Source: a virus
Taxonomy: Duplodnaviria; Heunggongvirae; Uroviricota; Caudoviricetes
IMG/VR virus record: IMGVR_UViG_3300027509_000001
Coordinates: 64,001 to 128,000 of that record
Length of the DNA stretch: 64,000 bases
Direction: 5' to 3' (one strand)
Shown: positions 26,901 to 35,566 of the stretch, in pieces
How positions within the stretch are numbered: the stretch's first letter is position 1
Layout of the letters: every line of letters begins with the position of its first letter
Notes under the pieces: model-generated
The model's input: the letters and a program-made list of their open reading frames with translations, nothing else
The model's database searches: none
What the model was told of the DNA's origin: nothing
Program-made: the position numbers and the translations under genes

Positions 26901-28425
26901 TTGAAGCTCCATTTGCAATAGAATCTTTAAATGTATCAAAAGATGCACTAAAGGCAGTTGATAACTCATCTTCTAATTGGTCCATTCCTGTTATATTTTT
27001 TATCCAATCTGGCATTTCTATTAATGCTGATGATACGGTACTTTGTATACTTTTTCCAATTCCATCAACTGCAATTAATGCTTCCTTATATTTTTTCATT
27101 GCCGCTAGCTCTTTTAGCCTAACTGACATTGCATATTCTTGGGTTCTTAACGTGGATATGGCAGCTGCATCTATTGCCATGATAAGTTTGTGCTTGTCTG
27201 ACAGAGTACTAACGTAAGATCTAGCCATTTCGGACTCAGAATCTAAATAACCGAGGAGTTCTTCTTTAGATTTTAAAGAATTTTCATTTAGCCTTCCTTC
27301 TGTAACATGTGCGGCATGCAATTTCTGCGCTAATTGTAATCTACGTTCCTCGTGAACTCCAATATTTTTTGTCTTAGTCAAATTTATGGCATTTAATTCT
27401 CCAATTAAATTGAAATAATCTGCCATTTTTTTGGTTTTTGTTAGAATTTTAGTTTCTACAGACCCCGAGATCCTATTAAACCCATCTTCTGTTAACTTAT
27501 ATAATTCCGCTAATCCAGAGTCTCCTATTTCTATTTTATAACCCGATACGTCTAATAGCCTCTGATATACATCATTTTGCAAATCTTCCATTGACTTGCC
27601 AATTAAATTCTTTTCTGTTTCAAAAGCAGACGATAATTTAGTAAATGCTTTATCAAATGAAACATCTTCCAAATCAAAGATGCTAAATTTAGCATCCCCA
27701 AAAGACCCTCTTAATTTTTCCGCTTCTCTAAGTACATTGTCAGCCGATTCTGATGGTATTATAGCGCTTGATAAAATATCACTATATTGACTAGCCAATA
27801 TCATTGTTTCTGCTAACATTGCTTTATTATCTGAGAAACCTAGGCTGCTAATATCTTGCAAATGATTATGATTTTCATATTCTTTGCCTAAAGATTCTAA
27901 CTGCCTATTAAATTCAGACATTCGACTTAAAGTTTCGTCGTATTTTTCTAGGGATTCGTCTAAATAATTTAACTGTTCTTTATATTCATCGGTAACTTTT
28001 AATTGATTTAGCCGAATTTCTTCTAAAGTTTTAAATAAATCTTGATATTCAGTAGAACCTTCCAACTGAACTTTAAAATCTCCACTTAAATCCGAATCAA
28101 ATGATTTCTTAAATTCTTCAATTTGGTCTTCAGTACTTTTAATTAATACTTTATTATCAGTCAGTACTTTTAAAATAGCATCTGAATTAGATGATGTTAA
28201 ATCGGAAAGATTTATTAGTACTGACTCCAGCTTTGTTCTGGACATGTTAGATTTTACTAGCCCCGATTGAAAAGCCTTTATTAATCCAACGAAATTTTTA
28301 GACGAATCTTCTACATTCGATTTGAATCCTTGCAATGATTCTGCTAATTTATCTCTTTCAGAAGATTTCATAGCTATTATTGCATCTTTTATTTCATCTA
28401 TAATCTTAGCAGTATACTCATTCAT
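23974..28425 (-). CDS. Tape measure protein
   Basis: 1483 aa helical protein with Ala/Gly/Leu-rich hydrophobic repeats (FNDVEW twice), located after the tube and chaperone genes. Confidence 0.85.
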   Translation of the reverse strand: MNEYTAKIIDEIKDAIIAMKSSERDKLAESLQGFKSNVEDSSKNFVGLIKAFQSGLVKSNMSRTKLESVLINLSDLTSSNSDAILKVLTDNKVLIKSTEDQIEEFKKSFDSDLSGDFKVQLEGSTEYQDLFKTLEEIRLNQLKVTDEYKEQLNYLDESLEKYDETLSRMSEFNRQLESLGKEYENHNHLQDISSLGFSDNKAMLAETMILASQYSDILSSAIIPSESADNVLREAEKLRGSFGDAKFSIFDLEDVSFDKAFTKLSSAFETEKNLIGKSMEDLQNDVYQRLLDVSGYKIEIGDSGLAELYKLTEDGFNRISGSVETKILTKTKKMADYFNLIGELNAINLTKTKNIGVHEERRLQLAQKLHAAHVTEGRLNENSLKSKEELLGYLDSESEMARSYVSTLSDKHKLIMAIDAAAISTLRTQEYAMSVRLKELAAMKKYKEALIAVDGIGKSIQSTVSSALIEMPDWIKNITGMDQLEDELSTAFSASFDTFKDSIANGASTLEGLAAYAQTFSSTLIAAISPLTIILASVVAIGAMAYSASSNIKEFSSQLGIAKSQSSELYESMLKMQGAAGNLTLTQGKLLSIQEASLQDSGQLLDLTKKSGKELSEYASLIENVYGVGVKSGYELIDIFQELGADDALANNLAASVLEAATLANIAPDIIAQDLIDGAEDVATFFGNMPEAAAKAAIEVRRMGSNVKDVGELMKKTWSVESFMGDMAELGSLTGIDLSPVFDAGISGDMVKTQKALVDSIGSLDYFNDLMPQAKSKLADTLGMSVTQIANMMKLNEESLNLTAEEQKLLNENLSTMGDISGMSKEALKSRAKEFAAADAMNMAWTKIKTTFTRALLPLVEVFSDILVGISPILDIIGLGFKLIGLALKPFIPGLKLISSVLVGIGDVIQWLTEKLDDFLGGLTEGNGVVAKLTSSFSGLGGQFVSLGLLALVFKKQWTSALGSVFEKFTGMGKLAGMGGIGNSIDSKKTNTILNKVKEKFTSSKEKISSVFKKQNTTTSTTATSNVDTKGFDFKSMQDKVSKGFGSISKAIKSGLKSLGESIKSGLTFIKDVGTGIADAIMEPLKKVASGVGSMIESLVGSLGKGLSKFSPKALIGAGALIILSGALWITSKALQNFNDVEWESVAKAGVSLIGLAGIAMLMGSAVPQMLLGALAIGILGAALIPAAYALNMFNDVEWSSLAKAAVALIGLAAAAAGLSFIAPLILVGSMAIAALGASLIVFGAGIAMTAIGVDKLADVGTKILTTLGDLKEISPMQLIGIAAGLTAIGTGLATMTIAAGAGGIMALFAGNPLAKILALASTAPMINLLAVSMSMLSDSLIELKSTLSDLNIGQLNKLSDIKGLSDVNIRRNMSEVSKTSSTSNANIKSTSSLETKIESAGLKIAAAANEAAISKINNNNETYNSSSNKSSIYNNASDGKMEKLVLDILNAIHKYGNNPAPVVIGNKAVKELGKQIKRNNNN

Positions 28426-28430
28426 TTAGC

Positions 28431-28652
28431 TTAGTACTTCATTTTCTTTGGAGATCTGCATAGTGGAGAATCTGGCCACATCTTGCAATAAACTTCTAGC
28501 TCGGATTCTAATTGATCATAAGCTACTTCTAAGTCACCAGTTAATTTTTCTAATGTTGGGGCATCATTTTTAAACTTCTCTTTGACTTTTCTAATTTCTT
28601 TTTTTGTTTTAGATATTGCTAATTTTTTCAATATCGCTTGCATTACATTCAT
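28431..28652 (-). CDS. Small hypothetical protein upstream of tape measure
   Basis: 73 aa, preceded by TATTTATA (28674-28681) and AAGGA. Confidence 0.65.
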   Translation of the reverse strand: MNVMQAILKKLAISKTKKEIRKVKEKFKNDAPTLEKLTGDLEVAYDQLESELEVYCKMWPDSPLCRSPKKMKY

Positions 28653-28700
28653 AATATCCTTACTAATTACGTTTATAAATATAACAAAAGGCCACTTATT

Positions 28701-29012
28701 TTATCGTGACCTTCTGGATTTAGTTGCTTGAGCTGCTTTTTTTTCTTCTTCTAAATGATATAATAACCTCTTTATATAAAATGTCCTTAAAGCTATGGGC
28801 ATGTTGTATATATCTGAATGATTAAAAGATCCCTTAGAACAATAAAGCAAATCAAAAATTTCAGTATGTAACTTTTGTTTATATTCTGCAGTTATTCCGA
28901 AAAATTTATAATTTAATGGAATATAAATACCATTATTTCGTGGATTTAAAGTCTGGATAAAATAAGTCAATTCCGATTGAAATCTTACCACGAAAGGGAT
29001 CAGCAAATTCAT
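28701..29012 (-). CDS. Tail/baseplate assembly chaperone second domain (gp51- or gpT-like); start uncertain
   Basis: FFGITAEYKQKLHTEIFDLLY..KGSFNHSDIYNMPIALRTFYIKRL; no ATG before the conserved-looking part; overlaps the upstream gene in the +1 frame. Confidence 0.6.
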   Translation of the reverse strand: MNLLIPFVVRFQSELTYFIQTLNPRNNGIYIPLNYKFFGITAEYKQKLHTEIFDLLYCSKGSFNHSDIYNMPIALRTFYIKRLLYHLEEEKKAAQATKSRRSR

Positions 29013-29802
29013 CCTCCAATTCCATGTTTAAGTCCAAATCGGGTTGAATTTCTCCTATATAAGATCTAAAGGCCCTGGAATCTCTAGATAGCATATTATC
29101 GACATATTTTTTAATCACTCCTGCTTCAGCTGAACCATTTACCGATGTTATCATATATCTTAAACGAGTGGTCATTTGTTTATCCATCCCATTTTTTATT
29201 TTCTGATAACCTTTTAATGCCTTTTCTAAGTCATTAAACCTTCCAATTGTCAATAGGCTAAATGTTATACTATCTTTACCGATTGGCGTAGTAAATTCGA
29301 ATTCGTTTTTGCCTGATGTAATTTTTGTTTCATCAATTTCAGTATATCCAATCTTAGATAAATCTACCGTTATGTTATTAGTGTCGCCGTTTTCTCTAGT
29401 AACAGTAGTTTCATATTCATCTCCATATCCATACCTCCTTGCTGCTATCATAATGGCGTTTTTATCTCCTAATAAAATAGTACCATAGTCCACATCGGGA
29501 ACGATTAATGATTGCAATAGTTTATCTAGGACAATTCCTTTTTGCATGTAACTTTTTGTAGATAAAATATCTTCCTCTTTAGCTGTCATGTATTTTATTT
29601 CAACCGATCCAATTGAGAATGGATGATCTTTTGGATACAGTAAACCTTTAGATGGCAATTCGACAATTTCAGTTGGAAATGTCTTTGCTTCCTTTACTGG
29701 AACTGGATTTGGAGGCAATGATGGAATTGGTTTATTCTTTAATTCCCCTTTATTAATTGGAGCTTCTTTAGCGTCCGATGGTTTTACTATTATTGGATCC
29801 AT
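28933..29802 (-). CDS. Baseplate hub/tail assembly chaperone (gp26-like)
   Basis: TEIVELPSKGLLYP, EIKYMTAKEEDILS, GDKNAIMIAARRYGYG, MLSRDSRAFR. Confidence 0.75.
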   Translation of the reverse strand: MDPIIVKPSDAKEAPINKGELKNKPIPSLPPNPVPVKEAKTFPTEIVELPSKGLLYPKDHPFSIGSVEIKYMTAKEEDILSTKSYMQKGIVLDKLLQSLIVPDVDYGTILLGDKNAIMIAARRYGYGDEYETTVTRENGDTNNITVDLSKIGYTEIDETKITSGKNEFEFTTPIGKDSITFSLLTIGRFNDLEKALKGYQKIKNGMDKQMTTRLRYMITSVNGSAEAGVIKKYVDNMLSRDSRAFRSYIGEIQPDLDLNMELEDEFADPFRGKISIGIDLFYPDFKSTK

Positions 29803-29872
29803 TTATAACTTTTTAATTTAAAAATTTGTTTTTCTATTAATATATATCTATAGATATTGTATTTTCATAAGA

Positions 29873-29894
29873 AAAGGGAGCCTAAACTCCCTTT
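29873..29894 (-). terminator. Stem-loop/terminator after tail tube gene
   Basis: Minus strand AAAGGGAG-tttagg-CTCCCTTT. Confidence 0.6.
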
Positions 29895-29917
29895 GCCTCT
29901 ATTTTCTAAATTAAAGT

Positions 29918-30379
29918 TTATCCTAAAACCGCGTAGTCATAAGATAATGTTACTTCAATTTGCTTCGCTTCGTCACTTGACCAATCCATTTGTCCAAAAT
30001 TGGAATCTTTAACATAAGCACCGTATAATGTCCAAATTTCAACCGGAGCTGTTTTTGGATCTAGTGCTTCAAATGTAATGTCTTTTTTGTATCCAGAGAA
30101 TGCATAACCATCAATACCTGACTCTGAGTTATGATGGTCTAGTAACCAATTGTGTACCGCTTTTGCTGAATCTGGCTCAATACCATCGTATAATGTAATA
30201 GAGATATCTTGCCATCTACTTTTACCTTTTACTTTGAAATCGGTATTTATGTGATCAATTACAATCTGCGAATTATCTACCACTGGCATTGCTGCTGCTT
30301 TGATTACATATGATGGAATCCCATCAATTATCATTTGAAATCTAAAAGCTACTTTTGGTTCGAATGGTGTAAATATCAT
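29918..30379 (-). CDS. Tail tube protein (gp19-like)
   Basis: FEPKVAFRF, VKGKSRWQDISITLYD, WTLYGAY, DWSSD..IEVTLSYDYA. Confidence 0.9.
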   Translation of the reverse strand: MIFTPFEPKVAFRFQMIIDGIPSYVIKAAAMPVVDNSQIVIDHINTDFKVKGKSRWQDISITLYDGIEPDSAKAVHNWLLDHHNSESGIDGYAFSGYKKDITFEALDPKTAPVEIWTLYGAYVKDSNFGQMDWSSDEAKQIEVTLSYDYAVLG

Positions 30380-30432
30380 TTTATTTTCTTCCTTTAAATC
30401 TTTTTATAGTAATATATATTATCTAAAATAGA

Positions 30433-32862
30433 TTATCCTTGTGGATTACCTGTTTCATTACTATTTTCAACCGGGAATACTGCACCAGTAGGTAACACCA
30501 TAAAGTCAACAATTATAAATTCAGCTGTCTTAGCTGGTTTTAAGTATATTTGTGCTCGCATTTCATTTCTATCAATTACATCTGGAGTATTATTGTCCAT
30601 ATCAATTTTAATTCTGAAATCGTATATACCTTGCTTTCTTCTAGCATCCTCAAACCATGGTCGAGTTATGTTAATAAATCTTGTTCTTGTTTCTCTTGTA
30701 TTTTGCTCAAACACTAAATATTTAGAAGTTGTAGCTACATGTCTTTTTGCTGCAATTAACAATCTTCTTACATTAATTCTATCTAATGCAGATCTTTTCT
30801 TCTGTAAAGTTTTTTGTCCCCAAACAACTACGCCCTCTCTAGGAAAAGTTGCAATTGGATTTACATTCTTTCTATATAAACTATCTCTGTCATTTTGCGT
30901 CATGATTCTTTCAGTTTGTATAGCTAAGTCTAGCCCACCTCTATTTAAACCTGCTGGAGCATTCCATTTTTCTCCAACTGCATCATTAAAAGCAAATGCT
31001 CCTGTAATTACTGCTGATGGTGGCAACCAAACATTTTCACCTAAATCTGGGTCTTGTACTTGTATCCATGGGTAATATATACCAGCATGGTTTGAATTCC
31101 TTGCTTCTGCGGCTCTTTCTGCATCCCCTACTGATTTTCCAAATTCTGTTGGATCAATAATGTAAAATGCATCCCCTCTTTCTTCTACCATACTAATTGC
31201 CTGCGTGATAATTTTTGCATGGTCTGGTAATTGGTCAACTAGTCCAGGTGTAACTAACAAATCATAGTCAAATTCATCTTTATTAGAAAGCATGTCAATA
31301 GCATCTAAATAATTAGATTTACCATAATCATCAACTGAAAGATTTAATCCTTGAGTATTTGATTCCCAAATATTGTCATACATTGCTCTTGGATGCGCCA
31401 CGTTTCCGTCGCTACCAAATGCAAAGATGCCTTCTAAATTACTTGCAACGGTTCCTGATATATCAGTTATGTTCAAGAAATGATCTACATTTGTTGATTC
31501 TCCACTAGTAGTGGTTATCAATTGTACAACTGCCCCAGTTATGTCTTCGTCTGCGGAATTATCAGATACTACTAAATTAGTATCGTCTGCAATAGAAAGT
31601 ACTTGATAAACATGCGATGATATTGTAATAAAATCACCTGCAGTCAATTCGGTTGTAAATGCTGTTCCTGTGCCAACTACCGCGCCAGTCGCCTGTGTTA
31701 AAGCAACGGTTCCAGTGACAGCTGATGTGTCAAGTGAGCTTAATGCAGTTAAACCAGCTTCATTATAATTTCCAGCAAATGTAGAAGTAAATGCTCCAGG
31801 AAGTTTTGCTATCTGTGAATAATCTCTAACAAACCCGTCATTAGTTAAATAGTTTATAGTTTTTTTATGAACTTTACATCTAACAAATCTTGATCTATTT
31901 GGATATGTCCCTATTTTTTGTAAATATGGAACTCCACTTGAATCCGCTCTTAATGCATAATATTGATTTCCAATTACCTTTTCTATATAATTAGAAGCTC
32001 TTGGGTCTAAAGTTACTCCAGTAAATGATTCTAGTATTATTTTTCTAGTATTAGAATCGTCTCCTCTTCTAATGTATAAATCAAATGTTCCTCGCTTTGG
32101 ATCTACGTTTGCAACTTCCCATCTAATATTATATCGACTACCGTCTCTTAATTCTCCTGTACCCTCGATATCTCCAGTTGGATTACTAATTGCATTGTAT
32201 TCTGTAGAAAAACCTTTTAATGCAGATGTTTTATTACCTGAGTTTGCTGCTTCTCCGTCTGTTAATGTAATTAACTCGAAAGACATTTCATCTATTACAG
32301 ATTCAAAAGCTGTTGCCCAAGCGGCATCGAATAATACATCTACAATTTCATTTATTGCACTGAACTCTTCTGCTGTTAATGCATTGACGTCATCACTTAA
32401 CATTGTATCATAGTCTGCGCGAGTATGTGTAGTTGTATTTTCAGTATTATACTGAGTAATTGCATCGTCAATATAATCTTCTTTTTCTTGACCTGCTGGT
32501 GGAGTTGCACTTGAAGTGTCTCCAGCTTGTGATATTACAGTAGATTTTGCTGGAGAATATCTATTCCCCAAAATTCTAGTTACTGTACACATCTCTCCCC
32601 ATCTTAAATATTCTTGTACTGCATATGTTGTCATGTACTTGAATTCTTGCTCATTTCCATCTGATCCTGAAACGAATATGTCTCCAAACCATCTAGTATA
32701 TTCTCTATATGATGATACTGGCGTAGGAACTAATCCAGGCCCTCTTACTGTTGGACCAACAACTGCTAATCCTACCGCTGGAAACGGTTCAGTTAAAAAT
32801 GATAAATCGAATTCACGAGTGTACACACCTGCTGACAAGAAAGTATTCTTTACGTTTGGCAT
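30433..32862 (-). CDS. Contractile tail sheath protein (gp18-like)
   Basis: SAGVYTREFDLS, VGPTVRGP, YYPW, WLPPS, WNAPAGLNRG, NVNPIATFP, VWGQKTLQ, LDRINVRRLL. Confidence 0.95.
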   Translation of the reverse strand: MPNVKNTFLSAGVYTREFDLSFLTEPFPAVGLAVVGPTVRGPGLVPTPVSSYREYTRWFGDIFVSGSDGNEQEFKYMTTYAVQEYLRWGEMCTVTRILGNRYSPAKSTVISQAGDTSSATPPAGQEKEDYIDDAITQYNTENTTTHTRADYDTMLSDDVNALTAEEFSAINEIVDVLFDAAWATAFESVIDEMSFELITLTDGEAANSGNKTSALKGFSTEYNAISNPTGDIEGTGELRDGSRYNIRWEVANVDPKRGTFDLYIRRGDDSNTRKIILESFTGVTLDPRASNYIEKVIGNQYYALRADSSGVPYLQKIGTYPNRSRFVRCKVHKKTINYLTNDGFVRDYSQIAKLPGAFTSTFAGNYNEAGLTALSSLDTSAVTGTVALTQATGAVVGTGTAFTTELTAGDFITISSHVYQVLSIADDTNLVVSDNSADEDITGAVVQLITTTSGESTNVDHFLNITDISGTVASNLEGIFAFGSDGNVAHPRAMYDNIWESNTQGLNLSVDDYGKSNYLDAIDMLSNKDEFDYDLLVTPGLVDQLPDHAKIITQAISMVEERGDAFYIIDPTEFGKSVGDAERAAEARNSNHAGIYYPWIQVQDPDLGENVWLPPSAVITGAFAFNDAVGEKWNAPAGLNRGGLDLAIQTERIMTQNDRDSLYRKNVNPIATFPREGVVVWGQKTLQKKRSALDRINVRRLLIAAKRHVATTSKYLVFEQNTRETRTRFINITRPWFEDARRKQGIYDFRIKIDMDNNTPDVIDRNEMRAQIYLKPAKTAEFIIVDFMVLPTGAVFPVENSNETGNPQG

Positions 32863-32945
32863 TTATATGTTTCCTTTAAAATTATCGTGTATTACAAAAT
32901 TTTTTGTATATTATTAAATAGTAGGTAAAATCCCGAAACATGAAT

Positions 32946-32953
32946 TATAAATA
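32946..32953 (-). promoter_or_regulatory. Putative late promoter TATTTATA upstream of sheath
   Basis: Octamer in the 99 bp intergenic gap, followed by AAAGGA RBS. Confidence 0.45.
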
Positions 32954-32961
32954 TCTATTTT

Positions 32962-33798
32962 CTATAATTTATGTACTGGTTTAATTTTTCTATTTCTAAG
33001 TTTGATTATTTTTGGCATATAATCGACTATTATTTCGGGCTCTTCATATGCATTTTTAAAATCTACTCTTTTAATTCCAAACGCCTTGGTAACGTCTGCT
33101 TTGTCAACTGTATGTTCATTTCTTAGCATACCATCTACAGTTAATGTCGTCGTGGCCCTTACTACTCTATCGTCTCCTACTGAATTAAGTGTTTCAAATG
33201 CCCATGGGCCAATAACAGTATTGAATTGAAATTGATCTCCCCAAACTTCGTTGTCAAATGGTTGAATTTGTTCTACTAAATGATTCATCTGTGTTTGCAA
33301 ATTTGTCCATAACAATAATTCATATTCTACCTTTACAGGAACTGGAATTACCGACACTAATATTTCATTTGACTGATTGACATTTTGGGCAGTATTTAAA
33401 TTGTTAAATCGATCTGCATTATTTCTTGGAGCAATATATACTAACTTTTGCCCAATTGGTCCGTCTAAAGCTGCAAATCTACTATCTCTTTCCATAGAGG
33501 TTCTTTTGATAACGATAACTGGAGCTGTCAATTGTCTGGATTTTCCTCTTAGTGCACCATATCGTTGTATTTGCGCCCACTTTTCAGCGTTCGCAATAAC
33601 TACTGGCACTTCAATCGAGTTTCCACTTTGGTCGATTCGCAATTTGAAACCCTTTTGCAATTGCCATAAAATAGCATAATCAATATCATATATTTTTATT
33701 GCTGGTATTAATTTAGTATCACCATTTTCATCCTTAATATCAAGAGCTCGATTTGTTGGAGTGGATTCTCTAAATTGAAATGATTTATCATCTTTCAA
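32962..33798 (-). CDS. Neck/tail terminator protein (gp15-like)
   Basis: IDYAIL, VPVVIANAEKW, APVIVIKRTSMERD, VEYELLLWT; lies between head-closure and sheath genes. Confidence 0.65.
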   Translation of the reverse strand: MKDDKSFQFRESTPTNRALDIKDENGDTKLIPAIKIYDIDYAILWQLQKGFKLRIDQSGNSIEVPVVIANAEKWAQIQRYGALRGKSRQLTAPVIVIKRTSMERDSRFAALDGPIGQKLVYIAPRNNADRFNNLNTAQNVNQSNEILVSVIPVPVKVEYELLLWTNLQTQMNHLVEQIQPFDNEVWGDQFQFNTVIGPWAFETLNSVGDDRVVRATTTLTVDGMLRNEHTVDKADVTKAFGIKRVDFKNAYEEPEIIVDYMPKIIKLRNRKIKPVHKL

Positions 33799-33803
33799 AA
33801 CTT

Positions 33804-34328
33804 TTACTCCTTGCTAGTTGATTTAATATCTAATAGTTCAAAACTATTTCTATCGGGTAAAAAATCTGGTGTATTTGTTTGATGGGCTTGTGCTTCTATG
33901 CTATAATCATACCCATATAAAGAGCTATTGGTTAAACCTAAATGATTTGGGTTTCTTCCTGACCAATAATTAGTGTCTGAAACTTGGTCTACTTCAAAGT
34001 ATTTATTATCATAATAAATGAAGTCTCCTTCTTCAACTGCAATTTCTTTTTCTTCTAACTCTTGCTTTATAAATGAAAATTTAAAAGTTTTAGTATACTC
34101 TATAATATCCATGTCAGTATTTGATTGTTTATCTCCAGGTCTAATTACACAATACAATCGAACTGGTTGATAGAATACTTTTTTCTCGGTTTCACCATAT
34201 ATGCTGGTTTGAGTTTCTTCTATTGAAATTTTAAACAATGCAACTTCCATTGAAATTATCTTTTGGACAATTTCTTTATTAATCCCCTTAAGGAAACCTG
34301 AATCTTTATGTGTATTAAATAATGCCAT
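33804..34328 (-). CDS. Head closure/neck protein (gp14-like)
   Basis: SIYGET.KK, EGDFIYYDNKYFEV, synteny with gp13-like and sheath genes. Confidence 0.7.
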   Translation of the reverse strand: MALFNTHKDSGFLKGINKEIVQKIISMEVALFKISIEETQTSIYGETEKKVFYQPVRLYCVIRPGDKQSNTDMDIIEYTKTFKFSFIKQELEEKEIAVEEGDFIYYDNKYFEVDQVSDTNYWSGRNPNHLGLTNSSLYGYDYSIEAQAHQTNTPDFLPDRNSFELLDIKSTSKE

Positions 34329-34547
34329 TTAGTTAAATCCAGATGCTACCTCGAACTTTGAGCCTTTATATTTAATTTTTACAATTAACTCTTCACCTTC
34401 GTCTAATAGATCTTCATTTTTTCGTACTTGATTGGCTACGAATTTTCCCAACTTATCAAAGTCAGAAAATTTACCTATATCCCAGAAACCTTCTGTAATA
34501 ATCTTTGATAGCCCAACCTTTGCTTCATTCCAAATTTTCTTATTCAT
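34329..34547 (-). CDS. Small protein with MNKKIWNE leader
   Basis: Leader cassette shared with 34829-35044 and 37659-37973. Confidence 0.75.
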   Translation of the reverse strand: MNKKIWNEAKVGLSKIITEGFWDIGKFSDFDKLGKFVANQVRKNEDLLDEGEELIVKIKYKGSKFEVASGFN

Positions 34548-34560
34548 TTTATTCCTTTAT
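34522..34560. repeat. 39 bp dispersed repeat: RBS + ATG + leader cassette (copy 1)
   Basis: gcttcattccaaattttcttattcattttattcctttat; identical copy at 35019-35057, near-identical at 37949-37985, degenerate copies near 9745, 37071 and 37625. Confidence 0.85.
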
Positions 34561-34578
34561 ATTTTTCATAGTGATTCC

Positions 34579-34836
34579 TTAAAATATGTTTCTTACTGCA
34601 TATGCTATTAAATCCCATGACGCAACCTCAACTGTCAATTTCTTTTCATCTACATGAACAGTATTGGTCTTCAAAGCTCGTTTAACCCATGCTTCTACTT
34701 TCTTCGGGTTATTCTTTGCTTCTGATCCTACGTTTATCGTCACGTATTTTCCATCAACTTTAAATGAGCTATTTTCATTTAATGATTTTGCGACCGCTTC
34801 GTGTATTATATTCTTTAATTGCATATTATTATCCAT
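34579..34836 (-). CDS. Small hypothetical protein (IIHE and LNE motifs near N-terminus)
   Basis: MQLKNIIHEAVAKSLNENS; TATTTATA at 34844-34851 upstream. Confidence 0.65.
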   Translation of the reverse strand: MDNNMQLKNIIHEAVAKSLNENSSFKVDGKYVTINVGSEAKNNPKKVEAWVKRALKTNTVHVDEKKLTVEVASWDLIAYAVRNIF

Positions 34837-35044
34837 GTTTGTTTATAAATAAATCTACTTTAACTTCGATGTAATCGACTATGTCCTTTTCATCGAATCC
34901 TTCGCTTTCAAATGTTTTAAATATCCCTTTAATTGAATTGTCAAGGCCTGCCAAATCTTTACTGCTGACCATTCCATTCATTCTACTAATAACATTCATC
35001 GAAACTTCTGTAGTTAATGCTTCATTCCAAATTTTCTTATTCAT
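34829..35044 (-). CDS. Small protein with MNKKIWNE leader
   Basis: MNKKIWNEALTTE. Confidence 0.75.
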   Translation of the reverse strand: MNKKIWNEALTTEVSMNVISRMNGMVSSKDLAGLDNSIKGIFKTFESEGFDEKDIVDYIEVKVDLFINKHG

Positions 35045-35053
35045 TTTATTCCT

Positions 35054-35266
35054 TTATTTTCTAAAATTCCAAGTCACTTCTGTTTTCATTTCAATTAAGC
35101 GATCTCTTATGGTTCTAAGTTCATTTTCTATCTTTCTATCCTCTTTACTGCTAGTTAATGAAAATGGCGCTTGTCTGTGAGCTGCGGAGAGGGCCTTTAT
35201 TGCTTCATTGATTTTTTGAATTGGATATGGTTCTGCTGCTTCGTTTAAAATGTCTATTAATTTCAT
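35054..35266 (-). CDS. Small protein with MKLIDILNE leader
   Basis: MKLIDILNEAAE; leader shared with the next gene. Confidence 0.75.
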   Translation of the reverse strand: MKLIDILNEAAEPYPIQKINEAIKALSAAHRQAPFSLTSSKEDRKIENELRTIRDRLIEMKTEVTWNFRK

Positions 35267-35275
35267 TATTTATTC

Positions 35276-35563
35276 CTATTTTTTTTCAAATCTATCAGCA
35301 TTTACGCTAAATGAATCTGTATTTTTGTTTCCACCTTTTGGATACACTCTTGCGTTTGACCCATAATAGTTTTGAAATATATATATTTCACTCTCAGAGT
35401 TTCTTGTTAGATATGGAAGACTAGATCCATAATGTTCTTTTCCAGTAGATCTCATTTTTTTAATTTCAGCCCGAGTTGCTTTATTGAATACTAATTCAGT
35501 ACCTGGCTCATAATCATATTTATGTTCATTAATACTTTCGTTTAAAATATCTATTAATTTCAT
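35276..35563 (-). CDS. Small protein with MKLIDILNE leader
   Basis: MKLIDILNESINE. Confidence 0.75.
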   Translation of the reverse strand: MKLIDILNESINEHKYDYEPGTELVFNKATRAEIKKMRSTGKEHYGSSLPYLTRNSESEIYIFQNYYGSNARVYPKGGNKNTDSFSVNADRFEKK

Positions 35564-35566
35564 AAT

